The notes under the pieces: generated by a model
Told to the model about the DNA's origin: nothing
The model's database searches: none
The model's input: only the letters and a program-made list of their open reading frames with translations
Shown: positions 20,374 to 29,466 of the stretch, piece after piece
How the letters are laid out: every line of letters begins with the position of its first letter
How positions within the stretch are numbered: the first letter of the stretch is position 1
Source of the DNA: an uncultured Candidatus Saccharibacteria bacterium
Lineage (GTDB): Bacteria > Patescibacteriota > WWE3 > 2-01-FULL-39-13
Length of the DNA: 64,000 bases
Assembly (NCBI GenBank): GCA_965230915.1
Contig: OZ246395.1
Coordinates: 664,935-728,934 of the forward strand
Direction: 5' to 3'
Position numbers and translations under genes: made by a program

Positions 20374-21359
20374 GTTCTATTTTTTAAATACTTATAAGTA
20401 GTCTCAACCATATCATCAAGGTTATATTTCGGATTCCAACCCAAGATTTGTTTTGCTTTTTCGTTTGATGCAAATTTTTGTGCGGACTCACCTGCACGCG
20501 TTTCTCCATAATTTTTTTCAATTGTTGCACCTGTAATTTTTTCGACAGCTTCGACAACTTGCAAAACAGAATAGCCTGCTCCAGTTCCTAAATTGAATTG
20601 ATCTGAATTATTTCCTGACAATAAATATTCTAGCGCCTTTAAATGTGCGTCGGCTAAATCTAAAACATGAACATAATCACGGATGGGAGTTTTATCCGGT
20701 GTATCAACTTTAGAACAAGTTAGCTTAAACTCTTTTTTGCCAAGCCCACCTAATACCGCATTGGGAATTAAATGACCCTCCGGTTCGTGATCTTCACCAA
20801 TTAAGCCATCTAAACTGCATCCAGCCGCATTGAAATATCGCAAGGAAACATACTTAAGTTTTCCTGCTTTGTCCGCCCACTCTAGCATTTGCTCGACCAT
20901 ACGTTTTGAAAGTCCATATGGATTTATCGGCTCTAGTGGATGTTTTTCGTCAATTGGAAGATACTTGGCTTCGCCATAAACTTCAGAAGTCGAAGAGAAA
21001 ATAAAATTCGGGCAATTATGTTCGACTAAATATGAAATCAAATTAGTAGACCCAACAACATTATTTTCAAAATATTTCTCTGGATTTTTTATGGAGTCAC
21101 CAACAGATGCATACGCGGCGAAATGTAAACATGCATCGAACTGTCTATTATTTAAAGCCTCCAACCCTGATATGTCTCGAAGATCATCTTCAATAATTTC
21201 AATTCCTAATTTTGTAGAAATAACATAGTCACTTGCCTCTAAATTATCAAAAATAGTAACTTCATAACCTGATTCTTTTAGCAAACGGGCAACATGAGAA
21301 CCGATATACCCGGCCCCTCCAGTTACTAAAATGCGTTTAGTGCCCATTGCCGTTGCCAT
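20370..21359 (-). CDS. galE: UDP-glucose 4-epimerase
   Basis: 329 aa. N-terminal Rossmann 'ILVTGGAGYIGSHV', catalytic 'YGLSKRMVE' (YxxxK), and SDR-extended GalE-like sequence throughout. Confidence 0.85.
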   Translation of the reverse strand: MATAMGTKRILVTGGAGYIGSHVARLLKESGYEVTIFDNLEASDYVISTKLGIEIIEDDLRDISGLEALNNRQFDACLHFAAYASVGDSIKNPEKYFENNVVGSTNLISYLVEHNCPNFIFSSTSEVYGEAKYLPIDEKHPLEPINPYGLSKRMVEQMLEWADKAGKLKYVSLRYFNAAGCSLDGLIGEDHEPEGHLIPNAVLGGLGKKEFKLTCSKVDTPDKTPIRDYVHVLDLADAHLKALEYLLSGNNSDQFNLGTGAGYSVLQVVEAVEKITGATIEKNYGETRAGESAQKFASNEKAKQILGWNPKYNLDDMVETTYKYLKNRT

Positions 21360-22665
21360 TTCTTCCTACACCAAAATACTCATAACCAAAGGATGCAATT
21401 TGCTTCGGATCTAAAAGATTTTTCCCGTCAAAAATTATTTTATTTTTTACTTTATTTGATAGAGCTTCGAAATCCAGTCCTACAAAATCCTTCCACTCTG
21501 TTAATATAAAAATTGCGTCTGACTTATCAAAAACCTTTTCAGCAGATTCAGCATATTTCATGTTTTCATCACCGAGTTCGCCCTTTGCATTTTGGATTGC
21601 AGCTGGGTCAAACAAATGAATTGTCGCCCCCATTCCGCGAAGAATTTTTATCACTTCAAGCGCGACAGATTTACGAACGTCATCTGTTCCATCTTTAAAG
21701 GCTGCGCCTAAAACTCCAAATGTCATGCCTGATAAATTGTGGCCAAGTTTGTTAGTTACCTTTTCTAAGAAGTAGTGCTTTTGGCGTTCATTTGCATCCA
21801 TAACTCCGCGTAAAAGTCTGAAATCATAGAACTTTTCGCTGCTAGTTCTGTATAAAGCCTCAACATCTTTTGGGAAACATGATCCGCCATAACCAATACC
21901 TGCATTTAAAAATTTGGGCCCGATACGATTATCAAGTCCCATTCCGTATGCAACTGATTTAACATCAGCTCCGGTTCTTTCACAGATTTGTGAAATTTCA
22001 TTAATAAATGAAATTTTTGTAGCCAAAAATGCGTTTGCTGCATATTTTATTAATTCCGCGCTGGCAATATCAGTTTTTACAATAATTGTATTTAGATGTT
22101 TGTAAATTGATTCGAGTTTATCTAGTGCTCTGTCAGAGTCAGATCCAATAACAACACGGTCCGTATTGTTCGCATCAAAGATCGATGTACCTTCACGTAA
22201 AAACTCCGGATTTGATGCAACATCGAAATCTATCTTTCTGCCTTCGGCTCCTTTTGTAATAGATTCTTTAACCCTTTTATGTGTTCCAACAGGAACAGTA
22301 CTCTTAGTAATAATCACTTTGTACTCGCCTTCATCAATATATTTCCCAATTGATTCTGCAGCTGAAAAAACATAACCGAGTTCGGCTGCTCCAGACTGGT
22401 TACTTGGAGTTCCGACACAAATGAAAATTAGTTCACCATGTTTTATTGCTCTCTCATAATCAGTTGTAGCAATAAATTTACCTTCGTCTTGAACTTTTTT
22501 AACAAGTTCTTCGAGACCTTCTTCGTAAATTGGCATAACTCCTTTTTTGATCATCTCGATTTTCTTTTCATTAACATCGAGACACAAGACATCATGTCCC
22601 CAATCAGCAAAAACAGCACCTGAAACAAGGCCCACGTAGCCTGTACCTATTATTGTTATTTTCAT
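21337..22665 (-). CDS. ugd: UDP-glucose 6-dehydrogenase (UDP-glucose/GDP-mannose dehydrogenase family)
   Basis: 442 aa. 'MKITIIGTGYVGLVSG' NAD-binding site and catalytic 'GGSCFPKDV' cysteine motif. Confidence 0.85.
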   Translation of the reverse strand: MKITIIGTGYVGLVSGAVFADWGHDVLCLDVNEKKIEMIKKGVMPIYEEGLEELVKKVQDEGKFIATTDYERAIKHGELIFICVGTPSNQSGAAELGYVFSAAESIGKYIDEGEYKVIITKSTVPVGTHKRVKESITKGAEGRKIDFDVASNPEFLREGTSIFDANNTDRVVIGSDSDRALDKLESIYKHLNTIIVKTDIASAELIKYAANAFLATKISFINEISQICERTGADVKSVAYGMGLDNRIGPKFLNAGIGYGGSCFPKDVEALYRTSSEKFYDFRLLRGVMDANERQKHYFLEKVTNKLGHNLSGMTFGVLGAAFKDGTDDVRKSVALEVIKILRGMGATIHLFDPAAIQNAKGELGDENMKYAESAEKVFDKSDAIFILTEWKDFVGLDFEALSNKVKNKIIFDGKNLLDPKQIASFGYEYFGVGRNGNGNGH

Positions 22666-22691
22666 CTATAAGGTATTGTAAATGAAAGGGC

Positions 22692-22708
22692 GCGAAACAA
22701 AGTTTCGC
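22692..22708. terminator. Perfect 7-bp stem hairpin (GCGAAAC-aaa-GTTTCGC) flanked by T/A runs, between the GT2 gene and ugd
   Basis: Seen directly: 'gcgaaacaaagtttcgc' followed by 'tcttttcatattttttt' on the plus strand. On the minus strand the stem is followed by 'ccctttcattt'. Possible intrinsic terminator or attenuator. Confidence 0.3.
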
Positions 22709-22727
22709 TCTTTTCATATTTTTTTAA

Positions 22728-23528
22728 CTAACTATTATGACTCTCTTTTGGTTTTGTTGGTAGTTTATAGAGACCTTTTATGCCGTTCATCTTAACTCTA
22801 AGGACATCCATAAAATTGTAATATGAATCTTTTAGGCTATGAACTTTACTGTTGTCTTTATAAACCCATGTAACCGGCACTTCTTTTATTTTATATCCTA
22901 ATTTTCTGGCAATGAAAAGTATTTCAACATCAAACCCCGAAACTTTCGCCCCAGTTATTTCACTATCTGTATCGCTATACAATCTAACTTGTTGGAAAAT
23001 CATGTCAGCGGGCAATTGCCTAAATAGTTTGAATCCGCACTGAGTATCATTGATTCCAGGTAAAACTAATATTTGAACAATAAAATTGAAAATTCTTCCC
23101 ATTATATGCCTCATGTAGGGCTCGTTCATTCTTACTGCACCCGGGCCCTCACGACTTGCTATAGCTATGTCATATCCCTGATCTTCCAACCACACTAACA
23201 TTTTGCCTACTTCTTCAATTGAAACTGATAAGTCTACATCTGTAAAAAGTACATATCTGCCATTTGCATGCTTCATTCCCGAGATCACCGCAGGAGCTTT
23301 TCCTCTATGCGGATTTTCTAATAATTCCAGTTCAAGCCAATCTTCCTGATGGCGCTTTACAATTTCTCTAGTCGAATCAGTAGAACCGTCGTCGGAAATA
23401 ATAACCTCATATGGAAAGGGCTGGGATCTCAAATAATGATAAATTTTCTCAAGAGATCTTTCGATTCGCTTTTCTTCGTTATAAGCGGGAATAACAATTG
23501 ATAAAAAAAGCTCCTTGGTTCTTTGCAT
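22728..23528 (-). CDS. GT2 polyprenyl-phosphate glycosyltransferase (DPM1/dolichyl-phosphate beta-glucosyltransferase-like)
   Basis: 266 aa. 'LSIVIPAYNEEKRIE...VIISDDGSTDSTREI' and 'FTDVDLS' DxD motifs. Confidence 0.7.
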   Translation of the reverse strand: MQRTKELFLSIVIPAYNEEKRIERSLEKIYHYLRSQPFPYEVIISDDGSTDSTREIVKRHQEDWLELELLENPHRGKAPAVISGMKHANGRYVLFTDVDLSVSIEEVGKMLVWLEDQGYDIAIASREGPGAVRMNEPYMRHIMGRIFNFIVQILVLPGINDTQCGFKLFRQLPADMIFQQVRLYSDTDSEITGAKVSGFDVEILFIARKLGYKIKEVPVTWVYKDNSKVHSLKDSYYNFMDVLRVKMNGIKGLYKLPTKPKESHNS

Positions 23529-23529
23529 T

Positions 23530-24723
23530 TTATTTTTTATGAGTTTTCCAGATAATTTTTTTGTAGAAATAAAAATTCCAGAAAAGTCCGATAATAATAC
23601 CTAATATTTGATAGATATAGTCTAGTACATCTCCTCTACCAAATAAATTAATACATGCCTGAAAAATACCAAGCTGGATCATAATTCCGCCTGCAACAAC
23701 AAATTGGTTTTTGACGAATCTTTTCCAAAATAAAAATCCTCCAAGCTTATGTTCTTTAAATGCCCATACATTATTTACTGTAAAAGATGTTAAGACTCCC
23801 ATTTCTATTGCCAATAAGAGGGCAAAAAGCACATTTGGATGTAAATCGAAACCTAAAATTTCAGCATCTACCGGAATATTAAAAATATTTCTTTCATCAG
23901 CTAGTGGCTTAAAAATAAATCCGTATGTTAAAAATTGAGCAATACTTCCAAAACCGCCAGCTATTACAACTTTACCAAATTGTGATTTAGCTAAGTCTTT
24001 TATACGAGACTGAATCACAAACACAAGCCCGTTCAAGATATATTCAGAACCCATTTTAGATTTACCCATTGTACGATCTTTAAAATGATATGGAACCTCA
24101 TCTATTTTATATCCAGCACGAACTGCTTCTAAGTTTGTAGCAATCGCAACAGTGTAACCGGAATGTTTACCGACTTTATCACCAATTTTTTCATACACTT
24201 CTTTTGAAATTGCTTTGTATCCCGAAGTAAAATCCGTGCATCCACTTCCAAAGTATAAAATTCTTACAAACCAATTACCGGCGGCGCTTAGAAGTTTTCG
24301 GTGAATTCCCCATTCTTCCGGAATTCCCCCTCCTTTTTTGTATCTTGTTCCACATACATATTTTGACCCGTTACTTAACTTTTCAACAAAAGTCGGAATA
24401 ACATTATGGTCGTGCGACAGGTCGGCATCGAAAGTAATTACTGCATCGGCGTTCAATTCATTAAATGCTTTATCCATAGCATCTTTATATGCTGCACCTA
24501 ACCCCCGTTTTGCGACTTCGCGCATAATATGTACATTTGCCTGCTTCTTTGACAGCTCATCTACAATTTCACCAGTTCCATCTGGGGAATTTCCATCTGT
24601 AACTAAAATGTTCATTTCTGCTTTATCTGCGGGTATCTTCTGAAAAGTTTGCTGAAGAGTGTTAATGGTATTTTCTATATTTTCCTTCTCGTTATAGGTC
24701 GGAATGATGATAACAATTTTCAT
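23530..24723 (-). CDS. GT2 polyprenyl-phosphate sugar synthase fused to C-terminal GtrA-like membrane domain
   Basis: 397 aa. N-terminal GT2 domain ('MKIVIIIPTYNEKENI...VTDGNSPDGT', 'TFDADLSHD') is followed by four C-terminal TM helices (GtrA-like). Confidence 0.65.
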   Translation of the reverse strand: MKIVIIIPTYNEKENIENTINTLQQTFQKIPADKAEMNILVTDGNSPDGTGEIVDELSKKQANVHIMREVAKRGLGAAYKDAMDKAFNELNADAVITFDADLSHDHNVIPTFVEKLSNGSKYVCGTRYKKGGGIPEEWGIHRKLLSAAGNWFVRILYFGSGCTDFTSGYKAISKEVYEKIGDKVGKHSGYTVAIATNLEAVRAGYKIDEVPYHFKDRTMGKSKMGSEYILNGLVFVIQSRIKDLAKSQFGKVVIAGGFGSIAQFLTYGFIFKPLADERNIFNIPVDAEILGFDLHPNVLFALLLAIEMGVLTSFTVNNVWAFKEHKLGGFLFWKRFVKNQFVVAGGIMIQLGIFQACINLFGRGDVLDYIYQILGIIIGLFWNFYFYKKIIWKTHKK

Positions 24724-24746
24724 TGAATTTCCTTATGCGATGCGAA

Positions 24747-25028
24747 TTAAAAGAATCTGATTATTCCCAGCCCTAAAGCGGATAATAAGATAATCATGAC
24801 TGCAACAAGAGAGTATTCTAGCAGAATCAAATTCATCATTCTATCTTTAGGTGCGTGGTGCCAATAACCCCAAAATACATATAAAACGGAAATAGCAACG
24901 ATTATTCCAAAACGGCTTAAATTGCTAGCTGTCTGCTGAAATATGATTGCTGCAACGCTCAAGCATAACAGCAGAGTCAAAAATTGAATAACCTCTAACA
25001 TTACTGTCTTCGAAGTCTTTTTTGGCAT
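24747..25028 (-). CDS. Small 3-TM membrane protein (possibly DUF2304-like partner of the GT2/GtrA gene)
   Basis: 93 aa hydrophobic protein, 24 nt downstream of the GT2-GtrA fusion gene. Small membrane proteins of this kind are commonly co-encoded with DPM-synthase-like genes. Confidence 0.35.
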   Translation of the reverse strand: MPKKTSKTVMLEVIQFLTLLLCLSVAAIIFQQTASNLSRFGIIVAISVLYVFWGYWHHAPKDRMMNLILLEYSLVAVMIILLSALGLGIIRFF

Positions 25029-25041
25029 ATTCTAATAATTA

Positions 25042-26064
25042 TCATAACACTAAACCTACTTGTGTATACCATATCGCCGCTATAGCTGCGACAAGCATAA
25101 TTACATGCAAAATTGTATGTCCCGACACTCTAAAAACCCCCATTTTTCTAATATAGTATCCGTCTATCGCAAATAACACCGTAACAAATAATCCAAAGAT
25201 TATAGCGATCATTCTTGAAAAACTGAGGACTTCCGAGGCATTTAAAACTAACCCCTGACTATTTGCATCGCCAGAAATAACTTCGTCTGCGGGCAGATTT
25301 TTTGACCCGGTTTCGGCATCTTCTACTTCGACGGCAGGAACTTCACTTTCAACCATTTTAGCTGGAATAACCTCAATCAACGGCTTATCTTCTTCGTCTT
25401 CGCTAGAAACCGCCTCTGGAACCGAAGCCGCCTGCACACGTGGATATCCAAACATTTGAACTACCAAAGTAGTCTTTCTACCTTCTAATTCTCCATCTAC
25501 GACTGCAAATCCAACTTCCGTGTATTTGCTATTTAATAAGTTTGCTTTGTGAGAAGGTGATTCGTACCAGGCTTCAACAACATGATCCGAGTCGTTAAAA
25601 TCTACGGCTAGGTTTTCACCGGCATATAAATAATCATATCCGGCAGCTACTATAAAATCCCAAGGCTCTTTACCATCTGGAGAATTATGTGCCCAGTAAT
25701 CCTTCGCGAACATATCGTTAGCTTTAGCGGCGGCGGCCCTTGATAAAGTAGCATTTAATTTCAGATCAGCAACACCGACTTCATTTCTCATCTTATTAGT
25801 GTCCGAAAGTAAATCAGTAATATTAATATCATCGGCATATCCTAAAACATTAGGCATAGAAGTAGTTAATTGATGCGAAATATAAATCAAAACAAGCAAA
25901 ATAAGAATATATCCAATAAAGGCTTTGGGCTGTAATAAGAAACTTCTTTTTTTATGAAGTGGATGAGGTAACGCTAAACTTCTAAAAAAGGACATTACAT
26001 GAAATATATCACTTCTTTTTGTGATTGTGATGCTTTTCGTGGCGGTCATTAAGACCTTCTTCAT
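25042..26064 (-). CDS. CAP/SCP/PR-1-like domain protein, membrane-anchored with acidic linker
   Basis: 340 aa. One N-terminal TM helix is followed by 'YWAHNSPDGKEPWDF...AGENLA...HVVEAWYESPSHKANLLNSKYTEVGF' (CAP domain signature HNxxR / GENL / W..E). A Glu/Asp-rich linker precedes a C-terminal TM helix. True start is probably an internal Met (MSFFRSL or MTATKS). Confidence 0.6.
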   Translation of the reverse strand: MKKVLMTATKSITITKRSDIFHVMSFFRSLALPHPLHKKRSFLLQPKAFIGYILILLVLIYISHQLTTSMPNVLGYADDINITDLLSDTNKMRNEVGVADLKLNATLSRAAAAKANDMFAKDYWAHNSPDGKEPWDFIVAAGYDYLYAGENLAVDFNDSDHVVEAWYESPSHKANLLNSKYTEVGFAVVDGELEGRKTTLVVQMFGYPRVQAASVPEAVSSEDEEDKPLIEVIPAKMVESEVPAVEVEDAETGSKNLPADEVISGDANSQGLVLNASEVLSFSRMIAIIFGLFVTVLFAIDGYYIRKMGVFRVSGHTILHVIMLVAAIAAIWYTQVGLVL

Positions 26065-26335
26065 AGCCGACAGCTTTATTTAGCATTTTCCCTGCTTCTG
26101 GCCATGCGGAAATCCAAGCAATGCATATAAATAGAGTAACGATAATGAATATAGATGCTTCAATAAATCCTCCAATGTCCAAGTTACTTATTGTTGTGAA
26201 AAGTCTGACTGTATTAAGTATTATGAAAACTATTAAACCGCCAGTAATAAAATGTCTGGCACAAATACCAAATAGCTTGGCGCTAGAAATTCGAATATGA
26301 ATGATCGTAAAAGCATCCCCTATTGCTTTTAGCAT
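26009..26335 (-). CDS. Small 2-TM membrane protein with basic C-terminal tail, function unknown
   Basis: 108 aa. Loop 'NLDIGGFIE' faintly resembles the MscL periplasmic-loop signature. C-terminus is 'HEKHHNHKKK'. Its 3' end overlaps the downstream CAP-domain ORF. Confidence 0.35.
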   Translation of the reverse strand: MLKAIGDAFTIIHIRISSAKLFGICARHFITGGLIVFIILNTVRLFTTISNLDIGGFIEASIFIIVTLFICIAWISAWPEAGKMLNKAVGYEEGLNDRHEKHHNHKKK

Positions 26336-26509
26336 AAGTGTCCCCCTAAATGCATACTAGACCTAAGGGATCATATTTTGCAAGACCTAATGATCCCAGC
26401 ATTAAATAGTTTTTTACCTTGAGAAGGCTTACGCAGACCACACAAGGCCAATTTTAAAAGAAAACAATTGTGTGTCGAGGATGTTATTAGCCTTCGAAAA
26501 GGTAAAAAA

Positions 26510-27811
26510 TTATTTAAGATGCCAGTAAACAGTCATCTTATCGTCATCATGGAAAATAAACACACCATTTCCACCATCACCTAAGCAATTTCGGCAGAAA
26601 TAGGCTTTACCATCTTCTACCGCACGAATAGAGATATCACCGATGCCAACCATATCGAGCGCCGGGTGAACTTTTCCGCCATACATCCAGTTGTAGCATG
26701 TTTGACCACCAAAATTTTGTGTAATTCTGGGGCTAGCCATCGGCCAATCCCACTTACCTTTTCCAGATGAAACTTCGCCTTTTGGATCTCGTGAGCACCC
26801 CGTTCCCCATGTAATTGTCTTTTTCTTTAAGTAATCGAGCGGATTTTTATAGTTGCTGTAATACCATCCCCACGTTCCGGTTGATTGAAAATCTTCTACT
26901 GAATAACTGTAAACACTAAAGTGCAAATGTGCACCTGTAGAAAACCCGCTATTTCCCATTGTTCCGATAACTTCGCCTTTTTCAACATCAACCGATTTAC
27001 CTTCTCTAACCACAACGCTAGCTGCGCTTTGAATTTGTGATAATTCTTTTCTAGCCTGCTCCAAATTCTGTTGATACCTCTTTTCGTCATTTTTGGTAAT
27101 ACGCAAAAGATCGTCTTTTGCCTGTTTTTGTGTAGCTAAAGATGCTTTTAAGGACTCTGCTTGGGCTTTTTGAGCTTCGATCTCCTTCTTTATTCTTTCT
27201 ACTTCATCTTTCTTTTCTTTTAGTATGTCTTTTTGGTCTTCATATCTTTCTTTGGTGTCTGCCATTGTTTTAATAAGTTCTTTATCTTGCATTTCCACTT
27301 CCTGCAAATACTTCATTTTTGCCAAAAAGTCGCCTACACCATCTGAACTCATCAAAAGTTCGAAACTTGATTGCTGATGATCAATATACTGTCGTTTTAA
27401 TCTTTTTCCTAATAAATCGCTATGATAACTAATTGTGTCATCAAGACGATCTAAACGAACTTCTAATAACCCAATATCCTCAACTAATAGATCAAGCTCT
27501 TTAGTTTTTTGTTCTATTTGATATTCAGCTTGCTCGATTTGAACGGTTTTGAGCGCAATATTACCCTCAATCAAATCAATCTCTCTCGAGAGACTGCCCG
27601 CCTGCTGCTGAGCCTTACTGATTTTAGCCTCTAGCTCTTTAATCTGATTCTGAAGTTCAGCTTCGGTTTTCGCAACACTAATTAGTGAGTCGTCGTTAGA
27701 AAAAATAAAAGGAATACTCAATACCAATCCCGTAGCCAAAATTGTTAGGACTGCCATCTTGATCGATAATCTCTTAAATATTTGTTTTTTATCTATATTT
27801 GGAAATTTCAT
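26510..27811 (-). CDS. Coiled-coil + M23 (LytM-type) peptidase domain protein, FtsEX-associated murein hydrolase/activator (EnvC/PcsB/RipC-like role)
   Basis: 433 aa. Signal/TM anchor, then a ~230 aa heptad-rich coiled coil, then M23 motifs 'GNSGFSTGAHLHFSVY' (HxH block) and 'HPALDMV...YWHLK' (HxxxD block) in reversed order. Directly downstream of ftsE-ftsX on the same strand. Confidence 0.75.
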   Translation of the reverse strand: MKFPNIDKKQIFKRLSIKMAVLTILATGLVLSIPFIFSNDDSLISVAKTEAELQNQIKELEAKISKAQQQAGSLSREIDLIEGNIALKTVQIEQAEYQIEQKTKELDLLVEDIGLLEVRLDRLDDTISYHSDLLGKRLKRQYIDHQQSSFELLMSSDGVGDFLAKMKYLQEVEMQDKELIKTMADTKERYEDQKDILKEKKDEVERIKKEIEAQKAQAESLKASLATQKQAKDDLLRITKNDEKRYQQNLEQARKELSQIQSAASVVVREGKSVDVEKGEVIGTMGNSGFSTGAHLHFSVYSYSVEDFQSTGTWGWYYSNYKNPLDYLKKKTITWGTGCSRDPKGEVSSGKGKWDWPMASPRITQNFGGQTCYNWMYGGKVHPALDMVGIGDISIRAVEDGKAYFCRNCLGDGGNGVFIFHDDDKMTVYWHLK

Positions 27812-27815
27812 AATT

Positions 27816-28715
27816 TTAGCGGTCGATGTATCTGCGGGTGGCGAGGAAACTTGAGAATATTGCTAATACCAAAGCAAAGACTAATTCGATAGCCACACCA
27901 ATAACTAAAACCTGAACATTCATTTGTGGAGCTTGAAGATCTCCGAGAAGCATGTCCATCATATTATTATACTGGGTCGCCAAAATCGGCAATAAAATTA
28001 TCAAAGAAATGAATAATGCAATTAAAGAATAAAGAATACTTTGCAGCATATATGGAGATCGAATATATCCTTTTGTTGCGCCGACTAATTTCATAACGAC
28101 TAATTCATTTTTATGAGAATAAATTGTCATTCCTATTGTCAAAAAGACTATAAATACAGTCGAAATAGTAAAAACCACTAATAAGGCCGCAGCTGTTCCT
28201 TGAATCCCCCAGACAACTTTCTTTAATGTGGAAATAAAATTTTCAGATGCCAAAACATCGCTAATAAGGTCACTATTTCTAAAGTAATTCGCGATGTCCG
28301 GAATATTATCAAGTGAAGCAGATCTGACGTTTAAGTGAGCTGGAAAAACATTTACAGTAACACCTTCGACCACATCTTGATTGTTTTTGTTTTCCTCGAT
28401 AAATGCTTTCATAGCATCTTCTTTCGATACATATCGAACTTCTACAACATATGGATTTTGCTCAATTTCTTTTTTGACTTCTGAAATTTGTTCTTCAGTT
28501 ACTCCATCCTTAAAAAAGCCAATAACTTCGGGCTTTTGTATAAAATATGAAGCAATACTTTGTGTAACGTAAATTATTGTTAAAAGAACACCTAGAATTA
28601 CATAAGTAATAGTCATCATAAAGACGACTGCATATGCTCGCCATCCACTTCTTTTTATATTACTAATTGCTCTTTTAAATACTGCGTTATTCATACTTAC
28701 CGCCTTTTTCGTCAC
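27816..28715 (-). CDS. ftsX: Cell division ABC transporter permease FtsX
   Basis: 299 aa. Cytoplasmic N-terminus, TM1, large extracellular loop, then 3 TM helices. Follows ftsE with an overlap. Confidence 0.8.
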   Translation of the reverse strand: MTKKAVSMNNAVFKRAISNIKRSGWRAYAVVFMMTITYVILGVLLTIIYVTQSIASYFIQKPEVIGFFKDGVTEEQISEVKKEIEQNPYVVEVRYVSKEDAMKAFIEENKNNQDVVEGVTVNVFPAHLNVRSASLDNIPDIANYFRNSDLISDVLASENFISTLKKVVWGIQGTAAALLVVFTISTVFIVFLTIGMTIYSHKNELVVMKLVGATKGYIRSPYMLQSILYSLIALFISLIILLPILATQYNNMMDMLLGDLQAPQMNVQVLVIGVAIELVFALVLAIFSSFLATRRYIDR

Positions 28716-29376
28716 GAATTATTCTTCCTTTATCTATATGAATCACACGCTTTTTAAGCGTGTTAACAATATCTGCGTCGTGTGTTCCAAAAATTATAGT
28801 TGTTCCCCAGTCATTAATCTTCTTGACCAAATCAACAATTATCCAAGAAGCGGCCTTATCTAAATTCCCGGTTGGCTCGTCTGCTAAAAGGATTTTTGGC
28901 TCGTGTGCGAGAGCGCGTGCGATAGCCAAACGCTGTTTTTCCCCACCGGATAGATTTTTCGGGAATTTATCCATTTTATCGCCTAAGCCAACTAGATTCA
29001 TTAAATTTGGAATGATGGACTTAATTTCGTCTTCAGTTTTTCCTACAACCTCAAGCGATAACGAAACATTTTCGAATGCTGTTTTTGAATCTAAAAGTTT
29101 GAAATCTTGGAATATATATCCTATTTTGCGGCGTAAATTTGGAATTTGTCTTTCTTTAAATTTGGTAACATCTTCTTCGTCGACAAAAACTTGTCCGGCA
29201 GTTGGAACATCTTCGCGCACAATCTGGCGCATTAGTGTAGTTTTACCGGCACCGGATGATCCGATTAAAAAAACAAAATCTCCTTCTGGAATTTCTAATG
29301 AGACATTATCTAGCGACTTTGTGCCATCTGGATATTGTCGGGTTACATCTTTAAATTCGATGATATTTTTGGGCAT
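28687..29376 (-). CDS. ftsE: Cell division ABC transporter ATP-binding protein FtsE
   Basis: 229 aa. Walker A 'GSSGAGKTT', ABC signature 'LSGGEKQRLAIARAL', Walker B 'ILLADEPTGNLD'. Confidence 0.9.
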   Translation of the reverse strand: MPKNIIEFKDVTRQYPDGTKSLDNVSLEIPEGDFVFLIGSSGAGKTTLMRQIVREDVPTAGQVFVDEEDVTKFKERQIPNLRRKIGYIFQDFKLLDSKTAFENVSLSLEVVGKTEDEIKSIIPNLMNLVGLGDKMDKFPKNLSGGEKQRLAIARALAHEPKILLADEPTGNLDKAASWIIVDLVKKINDWGTTIIFGTHDADIVNTLKKRVIHIDKGRIIRDEKGGKYE

Positions 29377-29445
29377 GGTTTATATATTAGACACGAATTC
29401 TCATAAATTCGCTACTAATACGTTTGTGCTACTTGGCACCTTAAT

Positions 29446-29454
29446 ATTATACCA
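29446..29454 (-). promoter_or_regulatory. Extended -10 promoter element (TGgTATAAT) upstream of ftsE
   Basis: Minus-strand reading of 29446..29454 gives TGGTATAAT, about 70 nt upstream of the ftsE ATG. Candidate promoter of the ftsE-ftsX-M23 operon. Confidence 0.35.
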
Positions 29455-29466
29455 AAGTAAACAAGA

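Noticed and set aside
25042-26335. Possibility that ORFs 26009..26335 and 25042..26064 are one frameshifted gene
   Set aside because: The two products are unrelated in type (small 2-TM protein versus CAP-domain protein with its own plausible internal start). Short overlaps are common in this window.
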